Source: Cycas panzhihuaensis (taxonomy: Eukaryota > Plantae > Cycadophyta). Taken from it: DNA of 64,000 bases. This document shows positions 9,857 to 21,900 of the stretch, piece after piece. Position 1 is the stretch's first letter, and each line of letters starts with the position of its first letter. The position numbers and the translations under genes are program-made. The stretch covers positions 220,727,741-220,791,740 of the forward strand of contig CM041465.1 in the NCBI GenBank assembly GCA_023213395.1. The letters run 5' to 3'. Below the pieces are notes generated by a model. The model searched no databases. It was not told where the DNA came from and saw only the letters and a list, made by a program, of their open reading frames with translations.

Positions 9857-12800
9857 TATGTACAAGAGTTGAGTCACAAAAGATTTGGGGGTTTTCTTAG
9901 AGCAAAATGGAGTATAATTTCAGTCTTAAGTTGCAATCCATGTGCGACCAAGTATGACTTGAAGTCCAACCAATTTGCAATCTGAGTACAATTAGGTATG
10001 ACCTGAAGTACAACCAGGACCCTAGATCGTAATTATGATGACGAATGTAATTCTTGTTATTGTTAACAAATTGTTATTAATGAGTTAATTAAAAGCTAGT
10101 TGGGAGTTAGTTGAAAAATGGTTAACTGTACTATGAAAGCAAGATCGGTGTGCATTGCATCTTCCTGCACCAATCGAAGGATAGTGGGTGAGCTGGCGCA
10201 CTGTCTAAATAGTAGTAGTTAGTAGTGGTTGACAAGCGAGATCGATGTCGGGGTTTATTATTTCAATCTAGGGGTCATCTATCACATAGATAAGGTTGTG
10301 CCTTTCTTGATGCAAATATGTGTGTGAGAGTGTATTAAGTCTTCCTTCTTTTATTCCATTGTATCTCTCATTGTATTGGGTTGAAAGTTCTTCCATTATT
10401 ATACTTTGGGCCTATGTCCAACCCTTCTCGGGTTGGTGCAATCCCCTTTTTGGTAATGAAATAAGATTTGCCTCAATCTACGATGTATTGTTCATGCTTC
10501 TATGCGGTAATATAAGCATGTTATCCCTAGTAATATGATCAATGTTCTCCTATGTGTTCCCTTCTTGTTTGAGTTCTACTTGTGACAAGGAGTGAGCACA
10601 CATTTTGGCATCGTTGCAGTGGTTTGAATCATTGAAATTTATCCAAAGTTTCGTTCATGACACTCCTTGATATGGCTAGGTGACAACAGCAACACATCAA
10701 CAAGCGAGGATTATGCAAATGGCGAGGCATGAAGGCCATGTATCCTTGGAAGAAAAGCTGACATTTATACAAGAGACCAAGTATGTCTTTGGTAAAATTG
10801 CCTTACGCCTTAGTAAGGTTTTTCAAGGATTTGGGTGGGCATATATACCAATTTGAGGAGGTTGTAGGTAAAGCAAATCAAGGAGAATTTGGAGATTGGG
10901 TTGCTCAGTTAGATATCATGAATTAGCATCTTGAAAGTGCCATTGTTGTTATGCAAGAAAATCTTCACAACTCATAAGAAAGTGTTGGAATGTCGACAAA
11001 AAGCTTCAAACCAAAAAAATGTGGGAGAAAATCTCAAGAAATAGAAGAACAAAACTTGACGCTATAGAAGCCAGTTACAAAGATGAAGATGATGACCTTT
11101 CTACAGATCGCGCTGCTACAGAAGTTCTAGATATAATGGCTATGAGTCTGCTAAGGGAGCACATTTTTCCACCTGTTCTTGAATTTGCTACTACCGAAAT
11201 GCTTTAGTTATGTCCTTGGGGATAATATCATAGGGTTATTTTAAGGGTTGTTTTGAGGTTATGAAGAATAACCTGGAAAAGATCCTAACCATTGTTTTAC
11301 AAGCCCTAAAGGATCTAGAGTAGATGGTACGTGGAGTAGCATCCTTCACATTGGGACAATTTGCAAAGCACTTGTAGCTTGAGATTGTCGAACACTATGA
11401 GATGGTCCTTCCTTGCATTATGAATGGTTTGGGGGATATGTTGATTGAAGTGCAAGAAAAATCATACAATGAATTGGCTACATTCTGTGAGCATATGGGA
11501 GTAGAGATTCTTCCCTATCTTGATCCTCTAATGGTAAAGTTATTGGAAGCTTTGCAAAGCAATCATTGCAATTTACAAGAGACATGCATGTCTGCATTTG
11601 GGTCAGTTGCTATTGTTGCAAAATTAGCTTTTTTTCCATATGCTGAAAGGGTTCTTGATTCGATGAAGATTTTCATGATTCTGACTAAGGATGAAAATCT
11701 CCATGCCTATGCAAGGGTCACTGAGCTTGTCTGCATTATTGCAATGGATTTTGGTCATGCAAGGATTAAGCCAATTTTACCTTCGTTCATTGAAGTTGCT
11801 ATTGTTGGTTTTGATCTAGATTTCAATGAGGCTTCATGAATACACTCATGGTTTCTTCAACAACATTGTAGAAGTTATGGTGGAAGGATTTACATCGTAC
11901 CTCCAGCGAGTGGTTCCTTTGTCATTCGCTTCATGTAATCTTGATGACATGGTAAATGGATTTGGTAGTTTTTCTTCTGATGAAGAAGCTCAAGACGATC
12001 GGAAAGTTCACAACATCAATGTTAGAACTAGTGTCTTGGAGGATGAAAAAACTCTAAAACAAAAGTTAAAAAACAAAGTTAATGAACTTCGTGTGGAGCT
12101 TCAGAATATCTGAAGCCCTCTCTTAAAAATCAAGACAAGATTTGAAGGTGTTGATATCTTTGATATCGTATCAATGTCTGATTATAGCAAAGATTGGAGG
12201 TCTTTTGTTATTTATCTATGATGCAATATTTGATCAACAAGGCATACTCATGCCTTTTCTTTTTTAGGCATCTATTGGGTATGACTTGGGATTTTTATTG
12301 TATATGGCTAGTTGGATAAGATTATTTTGGGTCGAGACCTGGCCAGCCAAACACCTAATATTTCTTCCATCCAGTCATGAATGGGTCATATGTTCAGTAA
12401 GGTTGAGGTGTGATCCAAACACACATCAAAATTATTGTAATGACCCAAAATTGATTTATAGTGCAAGACATAGTAATTGCAGATGTCAAAAGGTATAAAA
12501 TAAAAGGAGAACATAATTCCATGATACAAATATATAAGGCAACAATGAAAAAGTTTTTTTTTTTTATCTCAAATTTTTTGAGGGTTTTTTCATCCACAAG
12601 AGGATTCTAATGGTAGCATTAAGTGCAACAATAACTTCCTATAGCAGTAATGTTGTATCAACTTCTAACAATAACAAGTTTGCTCCAAAACACTATACAT
12701 ATGGGCACAGAATAAAACCCAAGATTGAGTTTCGATCAACCATGATGAACCATGTATACAAGAGAGATGTCCTAGCAACTAGCAGCCTCAATAGTCGATT

Positions 12801-14060
12801 ACACATGAGCTTCGACAGATGGTCATGTCTTATATGGACTTCAAGTTGATAAAATGTTGAACTATGTATTTGATGGACGTTCTGGCAACTAGCAAACGCA
12901 ACGGTTGGTTACCCATGCGTTCCAACTAATGTTCCTGCCCTCATATAGACTTCATCCTCATTCTGGAAAGTGTTGAATTGTATCTAGTGTGACCACGATT
13001 TTTTTAGTCCTTTATATGATGATATTATTGGGTCTTTTTGGTGATGATTGTTAGTTATACCAATTATGTTGTGTAATAAATGGCATTACAAGGAACCCAA
13101 TGATATAATTGAGTAGATAGATAATTTAGTGAAAAGAGGCAACTCCGCAAAATATAGAATCGTAAAGAGACAACTCCGCAAAACATAAAAATAACCGGGT
13201 ATGTCAAGGGAGGATAGACAACCCAATGGAGAAGTATACCATCAAAGGCTACCTCAACAGATTATGGTCATGCCCTGATATCATTATTTTCACCCAAACA
13301 GATATGGTAAAGTTTATGGTAAAGTTTTTTAAGGAACGAGATCACCTATATATTGTTGATTTCAAATTTTTGGGGGTATGAAAGATCGGAAAAAGTTTTG
13401 AAATTATGTATGAGTGAGAACACTTGTTGATTTTGTGCTAGGGGAGACGTGTTCACAAGATGAGTCAACCGATTTGCGGGGTTTTGAGAAAAAAATGGAG
13501 TATAATTTCAATCTTAAATTGCAATCAAAATGCGACCAAGTATGACTTAAAGTGCAACTAGATTGCAATCCGAGTATGACCAGGTATAACCTAAAGTACA
13601 ACCAAGACCCCAGGTTGTAATTATGATGACCAATGTAATTATTGTTATTGTTAACAAATTGTTATTAATGAATTAATTAGAAATTAGTTAGGAGTTAATT
13701 GGAAAATGGTTCAGAGGAAAGATTATATAAGGAACATTCATGTGGACAGGAGGGGGATACATATACGCATGTGTAAGAATGCATTAGGTCTTCCTTCTTT
13801 TCTTCCATTGTATCTCTCATTGTACTGGGTTGAGGGTTCTTCCGTTGTTGTACTATGGGTCTGCGCCCGACCCTTCTCTGATTGGAGCAATCCCCTTTTG
13901 ATAATGAAATAAGGTTTACCTCAATCTATGGTATATTGTACTTATGCTTCTATGTAATAATATAAACATGTTGTCCTAATAATATGATTGATAGGATTGA
14001 TGTTCTCCTGTGTGTTCCCTTCTTGTTCGAGTTCTGTTTGTGACAAGGAGTGAGCACACA
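9857..14060 (+). mobile_element. E3: non-autonomous Gypsy-related LTR element carrying a host gene fragment; LTRs about 9857-10602 and 13448-14060
   Basis: Homologous LTRs both end tgtgacaaggagtgagcacaca. TSD ACGAC (9852-9856) / ATGAC (14061-14065), one CpG transition. PBS-like TGGCATCGTTGCAG resembles the tRNA-Asp PBS TGGCGCCGTTGCCG; PPT AGGGGAGA. No gag/pol recognisable. Confidence 0.88.
11067..12050 (+). pseudogene. IPO4: Processed (intronless) importin-4 / importin-beta-4 HEAT-repeat fragment captured inside E3
   Basis: Joined translation DEDDDLSTDRAATEVLDIMAM...FPPVLEFA / MSLGIIS*G...GCFEVMK...ALKDLE*MVRGVASFTLGQFAKHL*LEIVEHYEMVLPCI...EVQEKSY..LATFCEHMG.EILPYLDPLM.KLL.ALQ...NLQETCMSA.GSVA...PYAERVL..MK.FM.LTKDE...EYTHGFF...FASCNLDD...VNGFG..SSDEEA...V.NI.VRT.VL is colinear with plant importin-4 as recalled from memory. 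Contains stops, frameshifts and small deletions. Confidence 0.88.
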
Positions 14061-15255
14061 ATGACTTGGAGCTAAAAAAAAAAAGAGAGAACACTATTTA
14101 ACGATTGTGATAAATAAGGATTAAAAGAACATTGTAATTGGATTTAGCCTTTCTAATTCAAAGTGCTATTTCAAACTAAGAAAGGAAAGAGAACACTAGA
14201 GTGAAAAATCTTGTATAGACCCTGCCACATCCACCCTATCTTATTAGTATTCCCAATCCAATCCAGTTACCGGATCCTTATTCATCAATTCTAGTGGTGG
14301 ATTTGGTATAAAGGCTCCTGCTCCACGAGCAAGGAGTGCCATGAGCGGAGTGAGAAACAAAGCAAAGGCTGGGATTGAATTATTATATGTACGTATTCCA
14401 TGCAATGGTTTACTTATGTCATTTAATAGATGATTTGTATATTGAGAAATTATGCAAACTAATATGGTGTGTGGTTGAAATAGAAACTAGTTTCCTCACT
14501 GCTATTGGACATGAATATGCTATTGGCATGCATCAGAAATTTATGAGTAGGTGCTTTCATTGCTTACTGGTTGTACAATAACAAAGACATTCGTATGAGT
14601 ATTTTTACCAACATTAGCATGGAAATTAGCAGAAAAATGATTTGGCATTGTATGTACATTTCTGAGTTTAGAATGGGGATCATGCAAAGCCTCTGATGAA
14701 ATTATGTGCCGTTATTTGAAACATTTTGCTTAATATCATGTCTTTCCCAAAACTATTACAATGGTAGATTGCAAGAAAAAAACATGATTCATGCAAGTGT
14801 GTTCTGCCTTCACATCACATTTTCAAATGAGCTACAATTCTATTCTTGAGCATTGTTCTTTTGTGCTTTTGATCGAGTTAATTTAAAATCCAGAAAAGAA
14901 AAAGGCATAGAACCTAGGTAGCAGTGATCTGAACCACCAATATGATAAGAGAATTTAGCAAGAGGGGAAAATAATTTATATAGACAAGGTTCAGCTCTAG
15001 TTATTGTTTGGTTAGGCTTGCAAACTGTACCAGATTCTTATTTCTTTCTTTCAGGAAGGGTGTGTGCAATCACAAAAGATGAATGATTTGCTACGCCTAG
15101 GCAAAAGGGGAAATCAGGGTAATATTAAAAAACCATCAGACATATCTATAAATTGATGAATGCAAGATGAGCACGTGAGGGCTTAAGGAAATAGCAGATA
15201 GGTCATCAGTTTTTTTCTCCCAAACACACTTGAAAAAAGCATAAATTCATTAGTG

Positions 15256-15709
15256 GAAGGTGAATTCCTTCATGAGAACAGACTGATGAACTCCCCTATG
15301 GGTGTGAAAGGAAAGGATTAAGATAGCAACATAGATTCTATTAGGCATCAGAATGCCTACTGAAGATAACAGAGAAAGGACATCCTCTGAACTAATATGC
15401 TTGTAAATATATTCCTCACTATAAAATGAAAAAAATTTAGGAAAGGGTGGATTATCTCCTAGGCCAATGGTCACTCCATGAAGGTGAATTCTTTTACGAG
15501 GAAAAACTGATAAACTACACACTGGATGGGAAAGGAAAGGATTAATATAGATAGCAGAGCATGTTCTATTATGCATCAGAATGCTTGGTGAAGATAACAG
15601 AGAAAGGATGTGCTCTGATCTAATATGCTTGTAAGTAAATTTTTCATTATAAAATCAGAAAAATTTAGAGGGAAAGAGGATTAAGTTCCTAGGTCAATGG
15701 TCACTCCAT
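15256..15709. repeat. Diverged tandem duplication, 2 x ~225 bp (15256-15479, 15480-15709)
   Basis: Both copies start gaaggtgaatt, share gcatcagaatgc..tgaagataacagagaaagga and end caatggtcactccat. Confidence 0.9.
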
Positions 15710-18700
15710 TATTTACATCAGAGATCCACGTTAGTGGGTAAGAGCACACAATGGAGAATCAAATAAGCAAGCAACTACAAAATTGGGTTTTCAGATAGTG
15801 CATATGTGATCTCTGGATTCAAATCCAGACCCACAGAAGAGCATTGTGCAAAGCTCTACAACATCCCTGAGAAGTTTGCCTTTGAAGCAGATCATAAAGA
15901 GGGCACTTTGGGTACATTATGAACAGAAATTACTTTTATGTATAACTTATGAACTTCAGATGCATCCAAAGAGACTCACCGCTGAGACCGAAGTTGTTTA
16001 GGCCATGGAGCTACTCTAAGGTGACACCAAACTGCTGTGCAGAGAAGCAACTGATGAAACATTCCCAAACTTGCATTGGAAACTTACAAAGCCACACACT
16101 AGGGGCCAAGGTCATGACCATATAAGATTCCCCATTACAAGTGGCCATTCACCAACAAAAACATTCAAGGTCTTATCCTCGAAAGGCCATGAATGAAGTC
16201 CTCATGGGAAGAAGGAAATAGGGAGATCTTGTATGACCCAAGGGTAGGGAAACATGACAAAGCTGCCGAAGGTTAGGAGAGATTCATGAATCAATGTCTG
16301 TAGATCAGGCAGCCAGGACTGGCATTGGTTATGTATGCGCTTGGGCAGAACTGCCCTAAGCTACATGAGCCTCACACCATTTGAACTGTAAAGCTATTTG
16401 GAGGGAAGACCAACAGATTTTGATGTGGAGAAAATAAAGAAGATATAGTTAATTCCTTTACCCTTGGGGCATGCTTACGAGGCAATGAACCTAAGTGTTG
16501 AGAATGAGAACTGACAATCCCATAGTGATAGTGCCAGCCAGCTGACAAGATAGTCCTAGTTGGATTCCACACCACAACACATAGGCATGATAGCAATTGG
16601 CCAACTCCTCTAATGTTGGAGGCAAAAATAAATTAAATCCCTCTGGGTTTATGGAAAATTAGTTGGAAACTAATATGAAGGCACTGGCAAGGTCATAAGG
16701 GCTGAATCGGAAAGAATAATAAGGATTTATTTGGAGAATATTAAGTACTATAACCTAAGGTGAATCTTATAGTTGAAAGTGTATGGAGACATGGCAGGTA
16801 ACTGCAGCCCAAGGCCTTCTGAACAGATGAATCAAGACTTCTATGGGAGATTGAAAACAGTAAAAGAATTATGGGTGTCAAATCTTGAATTCTAAATTTT
16901 AGACATTAGCATATGCGCATACTTTTGCAAGCAGCTTAGCATCATTCATTCAAGGTTACATGCCCTTGAAAACATGGAAAATTCTTGCTTCATTAAATGC
17001 AAGAAGATAGTTGTCAAGCCAAGCGATGAGAAGAGTGGCACTCAATGCATGCACCCAGGAAAGGAAAAGGAAAAGGATTAGCCTTGGATAGCAACTGATT
17101 TCGTTCTCTCCCTAGTTTCCACACCATATAAACTCTAATGACTCATTTCAATAAAAGCGTGACACAATCCATTTCCTCCAGGTATGTATGCTTATAATTC
17201 AAATTCTGCCCCTTACTTCTGGGATGACCGTCAGTTGTTCATCAAATGTACCCGCCCTTCAGCTGAGTCCTCAGATGAGAAGTATTCAATTCTCTCTTCT
17301 AGCTGAAAGGCCAAACACCACATCAGGCATGGGCACTTGATTTAGTTGTGGGGTGAATCACTTTTAAAAGGATTGTCATATGTTTGCTCAAATGTCTACC
17401 ATGCTTGCTCAACAAAAGCAATCTTGACCAATTGTTGTACATGTTATTCAACCTCATTGTCTCTCCTTGTCCTAGGTTTGTCTCTCCTATTGGACTGAAT
17501 TCTAGATCACGAAAAGTACTTACTCTTGAGGCAAGCATCAGGCCCAGATAAAAAAGACAAGATTGAACTTTTCCATAAGAATTGGTTTGGATGGAGAAAG
17601 AATCAACATCAAAGGGAGGTGTTTAATATCCTCAAAGATTGCAACAATCAAAGAAAATATGGAAGGAAATCATTCTGATATTGTGAAAGAATTAGAGAAT
17701 ATGGATGTCAAGATTCCTTTTGGCTCAAGCCATTTGGAATTATCCTGCATATGTTCGCTCTATGCAGAAAGGAGATTGAAACCAAACTGGAATGAAATGT
17801 ATATCCATTTAATGCAACAAACTTCCAAGGTTATTTGGGGAAAGAAGACAATGCAGAAGTTGGAAGATCCAAAAACTTCAACAGTGGATTTTCATAGTAA
17901 AATCACTCTAGTGAAGAATGTGTTGGGTTGGTCTTGGTATCAAATATCCATACAAACCATGAAAATTGTTTAGCATCTATCTGGGATTAACCTGGTCTCA
18001 TTGACCCCACAATTACACAACATACAATGGCAGCAATATAAGCCAACATTAGATCATTCGACATAGATATATGCTGCCAGACAGTTTATTTTATCCCCAT
18101 GAACTCTCTCCTCACAAGAGTGAACTGTTGTCAGGCACACGCAAACACATTTATGATGTCTGCAAACTCATTGACTGTGTATTATCTCTGCAATAACACA
18201 CAAATCACTATGCAAGCATTTCCACACCCTCACTTGGTTGAAGCCCATTCATTTATAAAAAGCACAATTGTCCTCGACCATTACAATCCATCTAGCGCCT
18301 ATTTATAACTATAACAATCAAAATCACTAACCTACTCTGTGCACTATCCAAAATGACCCACTTATCAGAACATCTCTCCCGAACTTATTGTGTTCTGCAT
18401 TCCAAAGCACTTACGACGTAGGGTCTGTTCTCTGTAGAGTGCAATGCAAACAAAAATGAAAAGTGAATTGAGACAAGTAGTCTACAAAATCTAAAGAGAG
18501 CAAATAGAGAAAAAAAAAAATCAGGAGGCGGCAATGAAGTGGAGCATAAACAAAAAAGAACCAAACCACGGGGTCTACAACTTTTGGTGAGAGGACAGAA
18601 AGAAGAACTCAGAAAGTAGCCATGCTAACAGAGGTGATTGGAATGTTTCCCACTGATGATGTGGATACCAACATGATGGGGAAGCAGAGAGCACTGGAGA

Positions 18701-18916
18701 TAACATAAAATCGATCTGAATCTGCATAAAGGGTGAAGTCGTTATGCATGCTGCTTGGTTGTCAACTGGAAGGAACATTGTGACTATATTAAACTAATTG
18801 CATGTCTTCTTGCCTAACATAAGCAATGGTAAGAACCAATACCACATTGTGGAAAAAATATTTTTGAAGTTAACCTCTCGTGCATCAATTCATTTGAGAA
18901 TGTTGATGGAAAAAAA

Positions 18917-21900
18917 TGTTCAACTTCACTTGGATCCTGAGTATCTGCTAGAAAAATTCCAAATACAAAGAATACACAGCAAAGTGATAACAAAATATGT
19001 CTAAAATGCAGCAATAAATGAATGAAAAGAGAACTGTCCAAGTCAAAATAAATGGGAAATGAATGAACAAAATATCACCAGATATAAAATAACTAAATAT
19101 CAGTTAAAAATAGTATTGGAGTCAAGATAATGCTCCCTCTTCGAGGTGAGGTAGCGTACGAGTATTGATGCCCAAAGGGCCGAAGTACTGACACCTTAGA
19201 GGTTAAAAATCTCTTGCCAAATCAGCGCTATGATGGGTGGGAATGAAGCCCCCAGTTCCCTTACATAGTTGGATTCTGCCTCCATATAGAGGTCGGCCAA
19301 GACAGGGTGAAATACTGGGTTGAATAACCCATGTAAGTCAGCCAAAACACTACTTCTAAGTCGGCCAAGACTGAATAATTTGGTTCACTACATGTCTTGC
19401 CCCTCGAAAACATGCTCTGTCCTCAAAGCATGGGTAAATTGGGATGTTGTTGCAGACATGCTTTGGACTCCCAAGTGGCATCCTCTGCATCTAGAGCCTT
19501 CCATTTTATGAGGAACTCTTGGATTTTTCTGGAGCATAGTTCTCTCATCCTTGTCTGTAAAATCCCTTCGGGTTCGATAGGCATCTTGCCTTCTTCGTCT
19601 AAATCTGGAATTGTTGTGTGAAAAGTTATCTTCTCACCTATCTTCTTCTTCAAGCAAGACACGTGGAGAACGTTATGAATTTTGCTTTCTAGGTTTAGGA
19701 GTAGGCGATATGCTACTTCCCCGATCTTTTTTTTCACTCGATATGGTTTGTAAAACCACAGTGCTAATTTCTATTTGTTCATTTGTCGCATTGATACTCG
19801 TTTAAACGGTTGAAGTCTGAGAAAGACCCAATCTCCTACTTCAAAATTCCTTACCCTTTTTGCATCTGCTTCTTGTTTCATCCTATTCCCTGCGGTATTT
19901 AGATTATCTTTTAATATTTGTAGTGTTCACTCTAACTACTCCTATTATTCATAGACTGATTGAACCTGTGATACTTTTGTCAAGATAAAGTATAGATGGA
20001 GTTCATATCCGCATAAGGCTTGGAATGGTGACATTTTAGCTAATGTATGGTATGTGGTATTGAAACACCATTCTAGTATGTGAAGCCACTTGTGCCATTG
20101 GTTTTGTTTGTCTGAGAAAAAATTCCGCAAGCATCCTTTTAAACACTTGTTTACCACCTCAGTTTGCCCATCCGTTTGTGGGTGATAACCAATATTCATA
20201 TATAATTTTGTTCCTACCAACTTGAATAGATCCTGCCAAAAATGGCTAGTAAATTTTGGGTCTCTATCATTGACTATGATCTTTGAAAACCCATGCAATC
20301 GATGTATTTCTTTCATGTATACTTCCACAATCCGACTTGCCTTCACCGTAGTTTGCATCCCCCTAAAATGCACATATTTCATAAGTCTATCCACTACTAC
20401 AAAAATAGCATCCTTTCCTTCTAATCGTGGGAGGCCTGTAATGAAATCCAAAGAAATTTCTTTCCTTTTTTGGGTTGGGATATGTAGAAGTTGTAACAGT
20501 CCTGAGCTTTTCACACATTCACCTTTGTTACGTTGACAAATGTCACATTCTAATACATTTTTTAGGATGTCTACTTTCATCCCCTTCTAGTAAAAAGAGT
20601 TCCTTATTTTCCAGTAGGTTTTATCAATTCCTATATGTCCTCCTATAGATGTTCAGTGAGCTTCATCTACTAAAACCTCCTCTACTTTGGACTATGTTGG
20701 GACAAATATCTTTCCTTTTCGTAGAATCAAATCTCCATGCAGATCAAACTTCGACGTCTTTTGGGCCTATATATCTTCTAACACTTTTTGTGATAATGGA
20801 TCGTCCTCGTATTCTGTAATCAATTCCTAAATCCAATTACAGGTTGCTACTATTACAACCTTGAGAGATATTTCCATATTGTTCTCCTCCAGTAGCCTTA
20901 ACAGGGCATCTGTTACGACATCCTCTTTCCCTTTTTTGTATTCGACACTAAAATCGAATGTTTGCAACTTGCTCACCCATTTTTGTTGTTTGTTCGATAA
21001 CGTTCTCTGATTCAAGAAGTATTTTAGGTTGTCATGATCTGTTTGAACTATGAATTTGTTTTCAAGCAAATATTGCCTCCACTGTTGAATCATGTGCATA
21101 ATTGCAAACATCTTTTTGTTATATATTTTTTAACTTCTCTCTATTGTTTGGATTCTTGGTTTCATAAGCTATCGGCCAACCCTCTGGTATTAGAACGACT
21201 CCAATCCCAAATCCAAAAGCATCGCAATCTAGGATAAATGGTTGAGAAAAGTCTGATATTGCTAAAACCGATACTGTAACCATTGCCCTTTCGAGGTCTT
21301 CAAAGGCTTTCTCTACTAACGGGTTCCATCCGAATGCATCCTTCTTTGTAACATCTGTCAGTGGTGTTGCAATATGGGCCTATCCCTTAATAAACTTCTG
21401 AAGGAACCCTGCTACTCCTAAAAAACTTCTTATCCCTGTCACGTTCTTTGGCATTGGCCAATTGACAATGGCTTGTGTCTTCTTCGTGTCTATCTTGATC
21501 CCTTCCCTGGTAATGACATGCCCTAGACATTCCAACTCTTCTTTTGCAAAGATGCATTTTTCCATGTTCACATATAATTGGTGTTTTTCAAAAAACATCA
21601 AAACTGCCCCGATATGGTCTAGGTGTTCTTCCCAAGTTTTGTTGTATAGCATAAATTTTCATAATAGTGGTTTGAGTATTATATTTATGGTACATTGGAA
21701 TGTAACTGGGGCATTCGTCAATCTGAATGGCATAACTTTGAACTCAAATAGCCCCTCATGGGTGCCGAAAGTTGTTTTGTAAATGTCCTCTTCTTTGACA
21801 CGGATCTGATAAATACCCAGATCTGAGATTGATTTTCGTGAAATATTTCGCTTTGCGAATCTCGTCGAGCAAATCATCTATCCCAGGGATGGGATAACGA

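Noticed and set aside
14690-14750. Second CTGATGA...GAAAC...GTC hammerhead-like pattern
   Set aside because: No stem I pairing and a weak stem II; consistent with chance.
15262-15315. Hammerhead-like core CTGATGA-actccc-ctat-gggtgt-GAAA with a possible ttcc/ggaa stem III
   Set aside because: Stem I cannot form, stem II has a mismatch, and the duplicate copy at ~15507 has lost the core.
17563-17973. 136-aa plus-strand ORF in non-TE sequence
   Set aside because: Non-ATG start, no recognisable motif or splice context; cannot be supported as a gene.
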